36,509 nucleotides of DNA from Campylobacterota bacterium. GTDB taxonomy: Bacteria; Campylobacterota; Campylobacteria; Campylobacterales; Sulfurimonadaceae. The notes under the pieces are model-generated. The model saw nothing but the letters and a program-made list of their open reading frames with translations, was not told the DNA's origin and did not search any database. This document shows positions 1 through 9,000 of this stretch, in pieces. The translations under genes were made by a program, and so were the position numbers. Positions within the stretch are counted from its first letter, which is position 1. Each line of letters opens with the position of its first letter. The stretch spans positions 1 through 36,509 of the forward strand of contig JAYEMF010000103.1 of the NCBI GenBank assembly GCA_034717975.1. Direction: 5' to 3'.

Positions 1-1
1 A

Positions 2-136
2 CTGTTTATTTCGCTTGCGATCGAGAATAGAAGTAAAATCTATATAAACTACAATACCGCAGAACAACATCAAATAAACATGGTAGATGAGATATCGGCC
101 GTGACAGTTCCATTCAATTATAGACCAGCCAAATAA
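2..136 (+). CDS. 3' end of an ORF entering from the left edge (LFISLAIENRSKIYINYNTAEQHQINMVDEISAVTVPFNYRPAK*); loosely resembles a YfiR/DUF4154-type C-terminus
   Basis: Frame is open from base 2 to TAA at 134-136 and converges on the kinase gene. The family resemblance is weak. Confidence 0.35.
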   Translation: MFISLAIENRSKIYINYNTAEQHQINMVDEISAVTVPFNYRPAK

Positions 137-150
137 TCGAGCTCTTTTAA

Positions 151-1617
151 TCAGGATGGAGTGTCTGTCAGGGGCAGTCTAATATCGAATCGAGCCCCCA
201 TATCGGTATTGCTTGCCTTTATTCTTCCAAGCAGCTTGATCTCGACGATTGTTTTTGCAATGAATAGTCCCAGGCCGGTTCCGTGAGCTTGATGCTTTGA
301 CGAGAAGTAGGCATCGTATATTTTATCCATCACTTCATCCGGAATGCCGCCCCCGCTATCCTTGATGCTTAAGTGGATGCTATGGGTATTGGTTGAGACG
401 GCAACGACAATCTCTCGGGCTTTGCCCTCATTTTGATTAATGGCATCAATGGCGTTGTTGATGAGAATAACAATGACCTGTTCCAGTTCAGCCGCCCTCC
501 CTTTCGCCAGGTCTGCGTCATCCTTGGAGAGATGAGTTTTAATGTCTATGTGCTCTTTTTTTAGCGAACCGGCAACAAGCTCTAGTGCATCGAAGACCGC
601 CATCGAAACATTAAACGTCCCCTCGCCATCTTCTTCTTCAGCAGACAAAAATGTTTTAAAGACATTGATGGTGTTTGACATATGATCGATTTGCTGCGAT
701 ATATCCTGATATTGTCTCATTCTGTACTCTTTGTCGAGCTTGCCAATTTCTGTTTTGAACATAAGATCACCGACGGTGGCATTTATGACATGGAGGGGCT
801 GCTTCCACTGATGGGCAATGTTTGCGATCATGGTTCCCATCTCAACAAAACGTGCCTGATGCATCAGCAGGGTGTCTTTGGCCTTGCTGCGCTCCATCTC
901 GTCTTCTTTCTCCCTTATGGCAGTATCTATATTCTTCTGCATTCTCAAGAAGCTAAGGGCGATGTTGCGAACTTCCGGACTAATTGTGTCGAGATGCTGC
1001 TTGATATCAATAGAGTCGCCGGGCTTATAGTTCATCAGGCTTCGGCCAATATTCTTTATTGGCCCCAGGAGTTTGGTAAGTAAAATATTCTCAAATACTA
1101 TAAGAATGAGCAGAAGCAGCAACAGCGCCGATGCGAAGAGAGTGTAGTTTTTTATGAAATGCGTAAGTTCCTCGGTGTTTGTCCGTCCTAATTCCAAGGT
1201 ACCGAGTATTCCGTCGCTCTTAGGGAGTGCAAAGGGAGCGGTGATATATGTTATTACAATGTTGTTGTAAGGATCATCCTTGGAGTAGGCCTCCTTTTTT
1301 TCCTCAAATGAGACTTTACCGTTTGCGGCGGGAGTGTATTTAATATAATCGAGATTGTAAAGATCCAACCACATCTTGAAGTTCGCCGCCATTCTGTCCC
1401 TATCGGACTGAAACAAGTAGTGGGATACAGAAATTTTCGGAGAAATGGTTTTTGCAACAAGGTTGATGTGGTCAGCTTGTGATTCATGGATCATCGCTTT
1501 GGAGCTGGAAAAGATAAACCATCCACCGCCGACCAAGACGACAAAAACGGAGACAAAGAAGAAGAGCATCAGTTTTAAGTGTATTGATGCTGAAAAAAGA
1601 AACTTGAACGGATTCAA
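151..1617 (-). CDS. Membrane sensor histidine kinase (2 TM, periplasmic region, HAMP-like linker, HisKA, HATPase_c)
   Basis: H-box IAHQWKQPL, N-box LINNAIDA, G1 DSGGGI, F-box YFSSK, G2 GTGLGL; two hydrophobic helices. Confidence 0.95.
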   Translation of the reverse strand: MNPFKFLFSASIHLKLMLFFFVSVFVVLVGGGWFIFSSSKAMIHESQADHINLVAKTISPKISVSHYLFQSDRDRMAANFKMWLDLYNLDYIKYTPAANGKVSFEEKKEAYSKDDPYNNIVITYITAPFALPKSDGILGTLELGRTNTEELTHFIKNYTLFASALLLLLLILIVFENILLTKLLGPIKNIGRSLMNYKPGDSIDIKQHLDTISPEVRNIALSFLRMQKNIDTAIREKEDEMERSKAKDTLLMHQARFVEMGTMIANIAHQWKQPLHVINATVGDLMFKTEIGKLDKEYRMRQYQDISQQIDHMSNTINVFKTFLSAEEEDGEGTFNVSMAVFDALELVAGSLKKEHIDIKTHLSKDDADLAKGRAAELEQVIVILINNAIDAINQNEGKAREIVVAVSTNTHSIHLSIKDSGGGIPDEVMDKIYDAYFSSKHQAHGTGLGLFIAKTIVEIKLLGRIKASNTDMGARFDIRLPLTDTPS

Positions 1618-2192
1618 AGGACTTCGCTTTCCTTGTCCAGTTCATCAAGGTACTTCTCTATAGCGCGAAAAGCGATCGCGGATTTGGTTGTGTTTTCTTT
1701 TTGGGCAATGCGTTGCATTCGCTCATCTTGCAATACGGTTGTAACCAGGGAGGTCTGATACCGCATATTCTCTTTCTGTTCGACAATCTTCTCAAGAATC
1801 CCTTGGAGGCGATGCATATTGCATGGCTTGGATATAAAGTCCAATGCGCCAAGCTCTATGGCTTTGGCTAAATGTTTTGGCTGATCAGAGGCGGAAATAA
1901 AAATAATTATTTGATCTTTCTGATTTTTTCTGATTTTTTCTGCTACTTCCAATCCACTCATGCCGGGCATTGTTATATCTATAAAAACCACCTGCGGCTT
2001 TCTTTTTCGATAGATGTTCAAAGCCTCTTCGCCGTTATATGCTGAATACATGGCTTTGAAATAATTATTGAGAGAGTTAGACAGCTTTTCGTTTGCCCTT
2101 ATATCGTCTTCTACGATCATCGCTTCGACATTCGACAGACTGTGTGCCAGTGAAATGAGCTTTTCCATATCGATCTTTTGTTTCATTTCCAA
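1614..2192 (-). CDS. Response regulator (REC) with a short C-terminal ribbon-helix-helix-like domain
   Basis: IVEDD, FIDITMPGMSG (phospho-Asp), ISA, ISKP. C-terminus reads TSLVTTVLQDERMQRIAQKENTTKSAIAFRAIEKYL. Overlaps the kinase start by 4 nt. Confidence 0.9.
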   Translation of the reverse strand: MEMKQKIDMEKLISLAHSLSNVEAMIVEDDIRANEKLSNSLNNYFKAMYSAYNGEEALNIYRKRKPQVVFIDITMPGMSGLEVAEKIRKNQKDQIIIFISASDQPKHLAKAIELGALDFISKPCNMHRLQGILEKIVEQKENMRYQTSLVTTVLQDERMQRIAQKENTTKSAIAFRAIEKYLDELDKESEVL

Positions 2193-2214
2193 CTTAACCT
2201 TCCTTCAACTTGCG

Positions 2215-2381
2215 ATTGTAATACATTTTTTTTGTTGCAAACAGCATCGATTGTTTTATTTTTTATTTTAGCGAATATCAGCAAAGAAATAGCAAAAACA
2301 TTTAAGTAATGTGTTGCATTATGGAATAAACAAAAAAGAATTGTTTTAAAAATGCCATACAAATAATGTATTACATTATGG
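2215..2381. promoter_or_regulatory. Three related palindromic operator-like sites (core AATGTATTACATT) in the divergent RR/sigma intergenic region
   Basis: Perfect palindrome ATAATGTA-T-TACATTAT at 2363-2379. TAATGTGTTGCATTATGG at 2307-2324 matches 2364-2381 at 16/18. ATTGTAATACATT at 2215-2227 is the core in reverse with one mismatch. Confidence 0.55.
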
Positions 2382-2429
2382 TTTAAACAACCCATATACA
2401 GGGCTATTCTTCGACATTCAATTCTCTTA

Positions 2430-2459
2430 TCCGCAAAACGCCCTCTTCGTAATATAAAG
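2430..2459 (+). promoter_or_regulatory. Degenerate copy of the tra promoter-like motif upstream of the sigma gene
   Basis: TCCGCAAAACGCCCTCTTCGTAATATAAAG keeps CGCAAAACG-N7-CG-N3-TAT with spacing identical to the other three copies. Confidence 0.55.
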
Positions 2460-2554
2460 ATATGCAGGCTATAATGCGACACATTATAAAAAAATTGTTT
2501 TCAAATTGCCTCTGCTTGATAGCGGGAGATGAAAACAGTGATCCAGAGAGTAGA

Positions 2555-3118
2555 ATGAAAGTTAAACCTGAATTTTTTGATGGCATCGTTAGGCATTGGA
2601 CTGACAAACAGAAGGCAGAAGCCGCCAGGATCACTTATCGTCTGGTAAGTTATTACGCTAAGAAAAATCCGGAAATAGATAAAGCAGATTTTGTACAAAC
2701 CGCCATGCTCGCGGCCATTAAGTGCAGAAAGCGATACGGGAACGATATTGTACCCGCAAACCTTAGTGGGTATATTCGCGAAGGAATAAATCGGGACCTT
2801 CTTAGCGATAAGGCCAAGATGCTTAAGCATGATGTGCGATGCGGCTCTGCGGACGAATGCGTAATTGAGTTTATATCCATTGATGGCGCTGCTCAGGATC
2901 ATCTCCTCAATCAAGACAGCCTTTCCATGTTGCTATACGCGGATGAAATTGAAGATTTGCTCACCGCGGAAGAGTATTATGTGTTTAGAAAAGTAATATT
3001 GCAAGGCGATAGCATCGGGGATTGCTATCGTGACCTCAACCCAACATATTCAAGAAGCACAATGGAGCATGACTTTACCAGAGCAAAAGGTAAAGTCGCT
3101 GCATACTACCGTGACTGA
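2555..3118 (+). CDS. Small sigma70-family (group 3/4- or phage-like) RNA polymerase sigma factor
   Basis: Region-2-like LVSYYAKK..DKADFVQTAMLAAIKCRKRY..LSGYIREGI and region-4-like HTH LTAEEYYVFRKVILQGDSIGDCYRDL..SRSTMEHDFTRAKGKV. ATG 2555 is preferred over ORF-track start 2462. Confidence 0.75.
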   Translation: MKVKPEFFDGIVRHWTDKQKAEAARITYRLVSYYAKKNPEIDKADFVQTAMLAAIKCRKRYGNDIVPANLSGYIREGINRDLLSDKAKMLKHDVRCGSADECVIEFISIDGAAQDHLLNQDSLSMLLYADEIEDLLTAEEYYVFRKVILQGDSIGDCYRDLNPTYSRSTMEHDFTRAKGKVAAYYRD

Positions 3119-3839
3119 GCATTTAAGCACACTTTGTGAAATCTATGGCTTGGAGCCTGCAGATGTCCTTAACGAACTCAATGAAGCTGTTTCAGAACAC
3201 GTAATACTTAAACCCTCCGAAGAGGTTGACACCTTTCTAAAAAATAATAAAATATATTTCAGCATAAGAGATACTGCTAAAGTTGACAATGGCATGGGTG
3301 TTGGTGCCGGCTCTAATGATGGACTGCGTATTGTCAATCTTGAAAAAGCACCAGATCTGTACGAGCAGATCATAAAGAGTTTTGAAAAGGGCGTGGCTGA
3401 GGCCAGTGCCCACAATCAATACACGAAGGCGAAGAGGTGGACAAGAAAGATAGTCACCGGAAAGATATCAAGGGCGACTAAGCAGGGCTTCTTTGTCAAC
3501 ACGCCAATAGGGCAGGGCTTTTGCAGCAAGGCGTATCATGTGGCAAAAGAGCAGGTCAACGGTCTTTATAAGAAAGACAAGGAAATGGACTTTGAAGTTA
3601 GATCCGTTTCTTATAGGTCCGGCAAAGTTCAAATCCTTCTGGCAAGGCGCTCTAATGTGTTGGCAAGAAGAGTGGCGGATGATATCTTTTTTCCTGCTCA
3701 TGCAATCAAAGACGTACAGCGAGTGCCAGGCAAGTACACTAAAATCGTACTCGACAAAAAGCCTACTGCAGATCTGATTCAAAAAGCCAGATACCGGTTT
3801 GGGGGAGAGAGAATAATTATTAAGACTGTGGCCGTATAG
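3111..3839 (+). CDS. Truncated NusA-like protein (NTD-like region, S1 domain, degenerate KH1)
   Basis: IVTGKISR (S1 start), VQILLARRS (NusA PQIILSRT), IKDVQRVPGKYTKIVL (NusA IKAIAREPGSRTKIAV), FGGERIII (NusA LNGEKIDII). GTG at 3111 overlaps the sigma stop. Confidence 0.75.
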   Translation: MTEHLSTLCEIYGLEPADVLNELNEAVSEHVILKPSEEVDTFLKNNKIYFSIRDTAKVDNGMGVGAGSNDGLRIVNLEKAPDLYEQIIKSFEKGVAEASAHNQYTKAKRWTRKIVTGKISRATKQGFFVNTPIGQGFCSKAYHVAKEQVNGLYKKDKEMDFEVRSVSYRSGKVQILLARRSNVLARRVADDIFFPAHAIKDVQRVPGKYTKIVLDKKPTADLIQKARYRFGGERIIIKTVAV

Positions 3840-3869
3840 GCCTGGTGCCTCTTTCCGAATCGAACCTCT

Positions 3870-4976
3870 TTAGATTACCGCTGATCTTTCCTCAATTATA
3901 ATTTCATACTCGATATTCGTGCCAGCTTCTATTTGTATGTCGGTGAGACCAGTGAAGAATACAGACTGATCCTTCATTGTTCCTTTTTTTACAGTATAGC
4001 CTGAACGGTAGGTACTGCTCTCAACGTATGAGATCGGATATTTCTTAATGAGGCCAAAGGCTGTGACGGCAATATAGATATCATGCTTCTCAATATATTC
4101 TTTTAAAAAGTTATCTTCGGACAATAGGCGTAAATACTCGTTCTGATAAGTGGTATGGTGCTCGGTGTGCGCAAGACCATTGAGGTCTGCTTCATGCTTT
4201 TCTCCCCAGGGCATGCGCCATCGAAAATCAACCTGAAGTTGACTATGATCCGGACTTTTACTTGAGAGACCTATTTTAACCTTGGTGGGCTTTATCACAA
4301 CACGCTTCCTGACATGGCTAAAGAAAGCGTCTGCCGCCAGTTTTCCATTGATACGGTTTAGGCGTTGTATGCGTACCTGACTCAACAGTTCCTTTGAGCT
4401 GATAGAAACAATTCTTTTAATATCCTCATTGATAATGTCAATTTGCTTTAACTCTATTTTCCTTAGCTTGACAGCTTCAAATAGTGCGTTGTTTGTCTTT
4501 TTGGCAAAACCTAAATCGGATAGATTCTTTATTTTGAGATTAAGTCTCTCGATCTGTCCCTCAATTTCTTTGTGCTTTTCCTCGAGCCTACTTAGTGCGG
4601 TTTTGGTTTCTGGTGTTGCGTTGAGGTATTCATCAATTCGGCTGTTGTCAACTTTCGCCTCGATAATAACAGTGCAGGTGTTTTTACTAAAATGAGTGCT
4701 AACAACTCTTGATCTCATGAGGGCGGCGGAGTAGACCCTGGCATCCTGCTTGCTAACCAGTGTGTCATCGGAGGATTGAGTATATGTAAAGCTTGATTGA
4801 ACTGCGGTACCGACTTTCTCGATAGCGTTGATCTTTGCAAGGCCTACTGCGACACTAGCCGCTTCCGCCTTGGTGTCGGAAGGTGCCATCTCATATATGC
4901 CGGTTGCTTGAATAGAAATAATTTCTCCATAAGCAGAAGCCATAAACAAAAATGTTAATAAAAGAAGCTTTTTCAT
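3870..4976 (-). CDS. Exported hypothetical protein with an LPP20/FlgT-N-like N-terminal domain and a coiled coil
   Basis: Signal peptide MKKLLLLTFLFMASAYG; motif A..AKINAIEKVG..VQS; RBS AAAGGA upstream. Confidence 0.7.
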   Translation of the reverse strand: MKKLLLLTFLFMASAYGEIISIQATGIYEMAPSDTKAEAASVAVGLAKINAIEKVGTAVQSSFTYTQSSDDTLVSKQDARVYSAALMRSRVVSTHFSKNTCTVIIEAKVDNSRIDEYLNATPETKTALSRLEEKHKEIEGQIERLNLKIKNLSDLGFAKKTNNALFEAVKLRKIELKQIDIINEDIKRIVSISSKELLSQVRIQRLNRINGKLAADAFFSHVRKRVVIKPTKVKIGLSSKSPDHSQLQVDFRWRMPWGEKHEADLNGLAHTEHHTTYQNEYLRLLSEDNFLKEYIEKHDIYIAVTAFGLIKKYPISYVESSTYRSGYTVKKGTMKDQSVFFTGLTDIQIEAGTNIEYEIIIEERSAVI

Positions 4977-5002
4977 TATTTTTCCTTTAGCTCTTGTATA
5001 TG

Positions 5003-5122
5003 AATACTACTAGTATACTACTATTAACATATTAATGTACGCATATTAATAGTATAAAATAAGTGACCACTAAGAAATACTACTATTAGTAGTATTATGA
5101 ACACACAATAAGCTCTTATTGT
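5003..5122. repeat. AT-rich cluster of direct and inverted repeats
   Basis: ATACTACTA at 5004, 5015 and 5077; palindrome AATACTACTA-T-TAGTAGTATT 5076-5096; TACTATTAA/TTAATAGTA at 5019-5027/5046-5054; CATATTAAT twice; ACAATAAG-CT-CTTATTGT 5105-5122. Confidence 0.75.
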
Positions 5123-5132
5123 ACTATTCATT

Positions 5133-5762
5133 TCATGCGCTGTGCGCTTTAGTATCCTGTTGAGCTACTGTTGGCATCTTTTCTGGAAAGTCGTAGTGCA
5201 GCGCTTTGATAAAATCGGTGATTAGCTTCAAATCGCTATTTGTGCCGCTTATTTTGCCAGAATGAACTAGGATATCGATAGCTTTGGGGTTTAGATCCGG
5301 ATAGCCTTCTTTAAAGAACTTGGAAAGAGCCCGCATTTTCCTGATATTGTTGGCCTTATTTTTTAGCGTAAGGTATATTATCCGCGCTTTTTTGTCAATT
5401 GAGTCCGCAAGATCCTTGTTTTGCTTTGATGCATGGGTAAACCCTTTGTATTTTTTTGTAATGGACATGTAGATCCTCGCACAACGTGAGGGGTATGCCA
5501 TTCTACCTTCCGCCGCGGCATTTATAAGCTCATTTTTAATGCACGTTCCCATTTTTCTTTCAATAGAGGTGTCTTTCTCTGCCTGCTTAACCAAGCCTGT
5601 AAACAACTTATCGTTTACGGCTAGATTTTTTAAAAATACATTGATAGCATTTTTTTCATCTACAGTGAATCCTCCTTGGATAATCTCATCTGTAAGGAGG
5701 TTTATCTGCTCTGCTGTCATGTTGACTTTGATAGGCATCTTATGATCCTTTTGGTTTTCCAT
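5133..5762 (-). CDS. Hypothetical lysine-rich cytoplasmic protein, divergent from traG
   Basis: 209-aa ORF with no recognisable motif. Confidence 0.65.
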   Translation of the reverse strand: MENQKDHKMPIKVNMTAEQINLLTDEIIQGGFTVDEKNAINVFLKNLAVNDKLFTGLVKQAEKDTSIERKMGTCIKNELINAAAEGRMAYPSRCARIYMSITKKYKGFTHASKQNKDLADSIDKKARIIYLTLKNKANNIRKMRALSKFFKEGYPDLNPKAIDILVHSGKISGTNSDLKLITDFIKALHYDFPEKMPTVAQQDTKAHSA

Positions 5763-6020
5763 TGTAATGATATCCTGCTTGCGCAGGTGTAATGGTATTT
5801 ATATTATTGTTTTATACGATTATGTGTATATGAAATGCTATTTCAGAAATGATAGCAGATATGGCCTGTGTTTTAGTAATTGTATTTTTAACTACCACTC
5901 AAGCGATGCAATAAAGTTTAGTGATATTTAGTGGGCCATCCTTGCTTGTTTGATGAGCGCAATACATTGAATCTTGTTCTATAGGGAGATGATCGCTCCA
6001 AGAAACTTTACTTCAAATTT

Positions 6021-6050
6021 TACGCAAAACGCAAAAAACGCCTTATTAGT
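6021..6050 (+). promoter_or_regulatory. Conserved promoter-like motif, copy upstream of traG
   Basis: TACGCAAAACGCAAAAAACGCCTTATTAGT ends 36 nt before the traG ATG; 29/30 identical to 20043-20072. Confidence 0.85.
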
Positions 6051-6086
6051 TATTTGTAGGGATATTGAACGCGACAAGGAAAAAAG

Positions 6087-9000
6087 ATGAAAAAAGTTCT
6101 GCCATTAATGCTGATATTTTTTGCTGGCAGTGCAATGGCTGCAACGGCACCAGACTCGGACACGATTTATACATGGGGCTATGGGCCATTTATGTTTCAG
6201 CAGCTTGCCGGACTTTCAAATATGATGGGGGATGGTTTTGCCATCAAGGTTGCCGCCGTGATCGGAATATTTTCTTTAGTCTTTAAAAAATTACTCGACC
6301 CAAGAACTTCTCATGTCTTGGAGGTGGGCAGATTCTTTTTTCTCAGCGTATTTATTTATTTTGGTTTTATGGTTGCCGTACCTGGGCACAGTACATATAA
6401 CATCAAGGATGTAACAAACGGGTATGCCGTTCAGGTGACGGGGATTCCTCTTGTGGTGGGCAAGTCCTTCGCTTTGTTCTCATCAATGGAGTATTTGATT
6501 GCCCAAGCAATAGAGCAAAGCTTTAGCACACCAAATTCGACTCAGTACGCCAATGCCGGTTTTGCATTTCCTTTGGCCGCGCATGAAGCAATGGCAAACG
6601 TAAGACCGGTAGCTCCATATATTCAGCAGAGTATGGATGAGTTCGTTGGGAACTGCTTGCTTTATGCTATTGACGAAGGAGCAATCGATCCCGTCGTTCT
6701 TTATAACAGCGCAGCGGTATATGATGATATGAATGTGAATGACCCCTCCAGGGTGACAATAGTTTATTCTGCGGCGAATCTGGTCGGAGACATAATGGGA
6801 TGTGATGTGGCGCAATCAGCCATAAAAACTATGTTGATTAATGAAGTCGGAAATATGGAGTCAGTAGCAGCAGCTTCAATGGGAGCTATAAATAAATACT
6901 CCGCAGTCGGCAATGTTGTGAGCAACAAGGCATCTGATGTCGCAATGGCGCTTTTTAACATGTCAAAAACATCGCAAGAGTACATTATGCAGTCGGCTGC
7001 CATTAATGCAATGCAGAGCTCTTTTGTGAATGTAGCTAAAGTTGCGGGCATTGACACTTACTCATTAGCATACGGAACAGCAACAGCAGAGAGGCAAGCG
7101 CAGACCAACTTCCTGATCAGTGGAAAACTGGCACAAAAGTACCTTCCTGTACTTAAGGGCGTATTAACGCTTACGATTGTCGGAATCAGTTGGCTGTTAG
7201 CTCTTTTTGCGCTGGCCTACTTTGATATGAAATACCTTTGGATGGTTTTCTCTTTACAGATATGGCTAATGCTCTGGACGCCTATCGCGGCAATTTACAA
7301 TAATATTCAGCTGCTCATGGTTCAGGCGATCCTTGAGCCATATTCAAGCGTCGGCAGTTGGTACACCCTAAACAATAAGAGTGTAGTCGATAATGAAGTT
7401 CTTTCCGCACTGTCTTGGATGGGTTATATCGGATGGCTTATTCCTCTTTTTGCATACGCTATCTCTAAAGGATCGGACCACGCATTTACTATGATGGCAA
7501 ACAGCTTATCCAGTGCAATGGGTGGCGCGACCGGTCAAGCCGCTGGAGAAGTGGCGAGAGGTAATATACAGCTTGGCGAAGTAAGGGCAGGACACAGGGA
7601 GGTGGTTGCAAACGGCTCATCATATTCAGAGGGTGCGTATGGCGCAAGATCCACTGAAGCCTTTAGGCAAAATGGCATGATTGGTACAACAGAACACACT
7701 CAATGGAAAGACCAGTCTGCGCGAACCGATAATTTGGGCGGCAAAAGTGTAATAAGCGATACTGCCGGAAACGCAACAAGCACCAATGCTGTTGACTCAA
7801 GAGTTCAGGGGGGTATCAATACGCAGCAGGCTCAAACAGTCACGACCGCACAATCCAAAATAGACACAATCTCTGACAAACAGGGAGAGACTGCTTCTGC
7901 CATGATGAAGCAGGCATATACGGCGACGAATGGCAACACCCATACGGAAGAGGGTAGCGAAGGATATACGAAAACCCAGCGTTTGGATGAGGTTACAAGA
8001 GGGGCATTCACAAAAGCCTACAATACTGACGACACTTTTCGAGAGAGCGTTACAAAATCTCTTGAAGCGAAGCTGGGAGCAGCGGGAGCTATGGATTTTG
8101 TCAAGGGCTTAAGCAAGGGGAGAGGTTCGGTCCGACCAAATGCAAGCGGGGGTTGGTCTGCCAAAGACGAGGAGGGCACAACGCATTCGTTCAGTGATAA
8201 GGAAACTGACACATTTGAGCGTTCCCTGGGAGAATCGGTAAGCGCTCAGATTTCATCCGGGCAAATGCAAAAGACAGCAACCAGCACAAGCAAGAACTCA
8301 TCCGACAGCAAAGAGTGGAACAAGGGCTTCTCTCAAATGACAGAGTATGGTGAACAGCTAAAAGAGGAGAATAAAAAAGTAAATCAGGCGCAAAAAGCAA
8401 TAACTGCCGCCGACAATATGGGAGCCGATACCTCAGCCGCTCTTTTTAATCATGTAAAAGCCAATTATAACGATAAAGTTGATGGCGAGGGCAACAAGGT
8501 GGAAGGAAGGGATCTTTCAAACAGAGAGGCGCTGGATAAATTTTTAACATACGGGAACCAAACACTAGGAGAAGAGGAGAGGACTCGACTAGATACTGTG
8601 ATGGGCGAATTTCTCAGTGGGCAGGGGGCCACTCAGGACGCAAGAACGGGCAACAAAAACAAGCTTGAGCCGAAGGAGGCCGCGAATATCAGCATGGATG
8701 GCGTGCCACAACCCGGACATATCGAAAAGAAATCTGCTAATGCAAAAGAGGCTCCGCTGGGCATTGAGGAGAATCTCGGAGGAGTCTTGAGTACAATACA
8801 CGATAGTAAGCAGCCGAGCACACACGTCGATCCCTTGAAGGCGAAACAAGAAAATCTTGAAACCTACATGAAGAATAAAAATAGTGCGGAAGCTCCGACC
8901 GGCAGTGTCGAGCAAGAGTTCAAGGACAGCTATCAGGATGTTCAGTTTCCAATGGCGGGACTGTATGCCGGAACAGCTATGGGAGTATTGGGAAGCCTGT

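Noticed and set aside
2462..2554. ORF-track N-terminal extension of the sigma ORF (likewise 3030-3110 for the NusA-like ORF)
   Set aside because: 2462 lies immediately after the predicted -10 with no RBS, and 3030 lies deep inside the sigma gene. ATG 2555 and GTG 3111 fit better, though neither is proven.
3111..3839. Housekeeping nusA
   Set aside because: Too short, lacks KH2 and a clear GxxG loop, and has no rimP/infB neighbours, so no gene symbol was given.
3838..3856. Possible terminator between the convergent NusA-like gene and 3870-4976
   Set aside because: Only a 4-bp stem (AGGC/GCCT), too weak to call.
5003..5122. CRISPR array or iteron origin
   Set aside because: Repeats are 9-12 bp and irregularly spaced, with no unique spacers and no cas or rep gene nearby.
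5934..5940. GGCCATC upstream of two motif copies (also 19973-19979)
   Set aside because: Only 7 bp, at different distances from the motif, and absent at the other copies.
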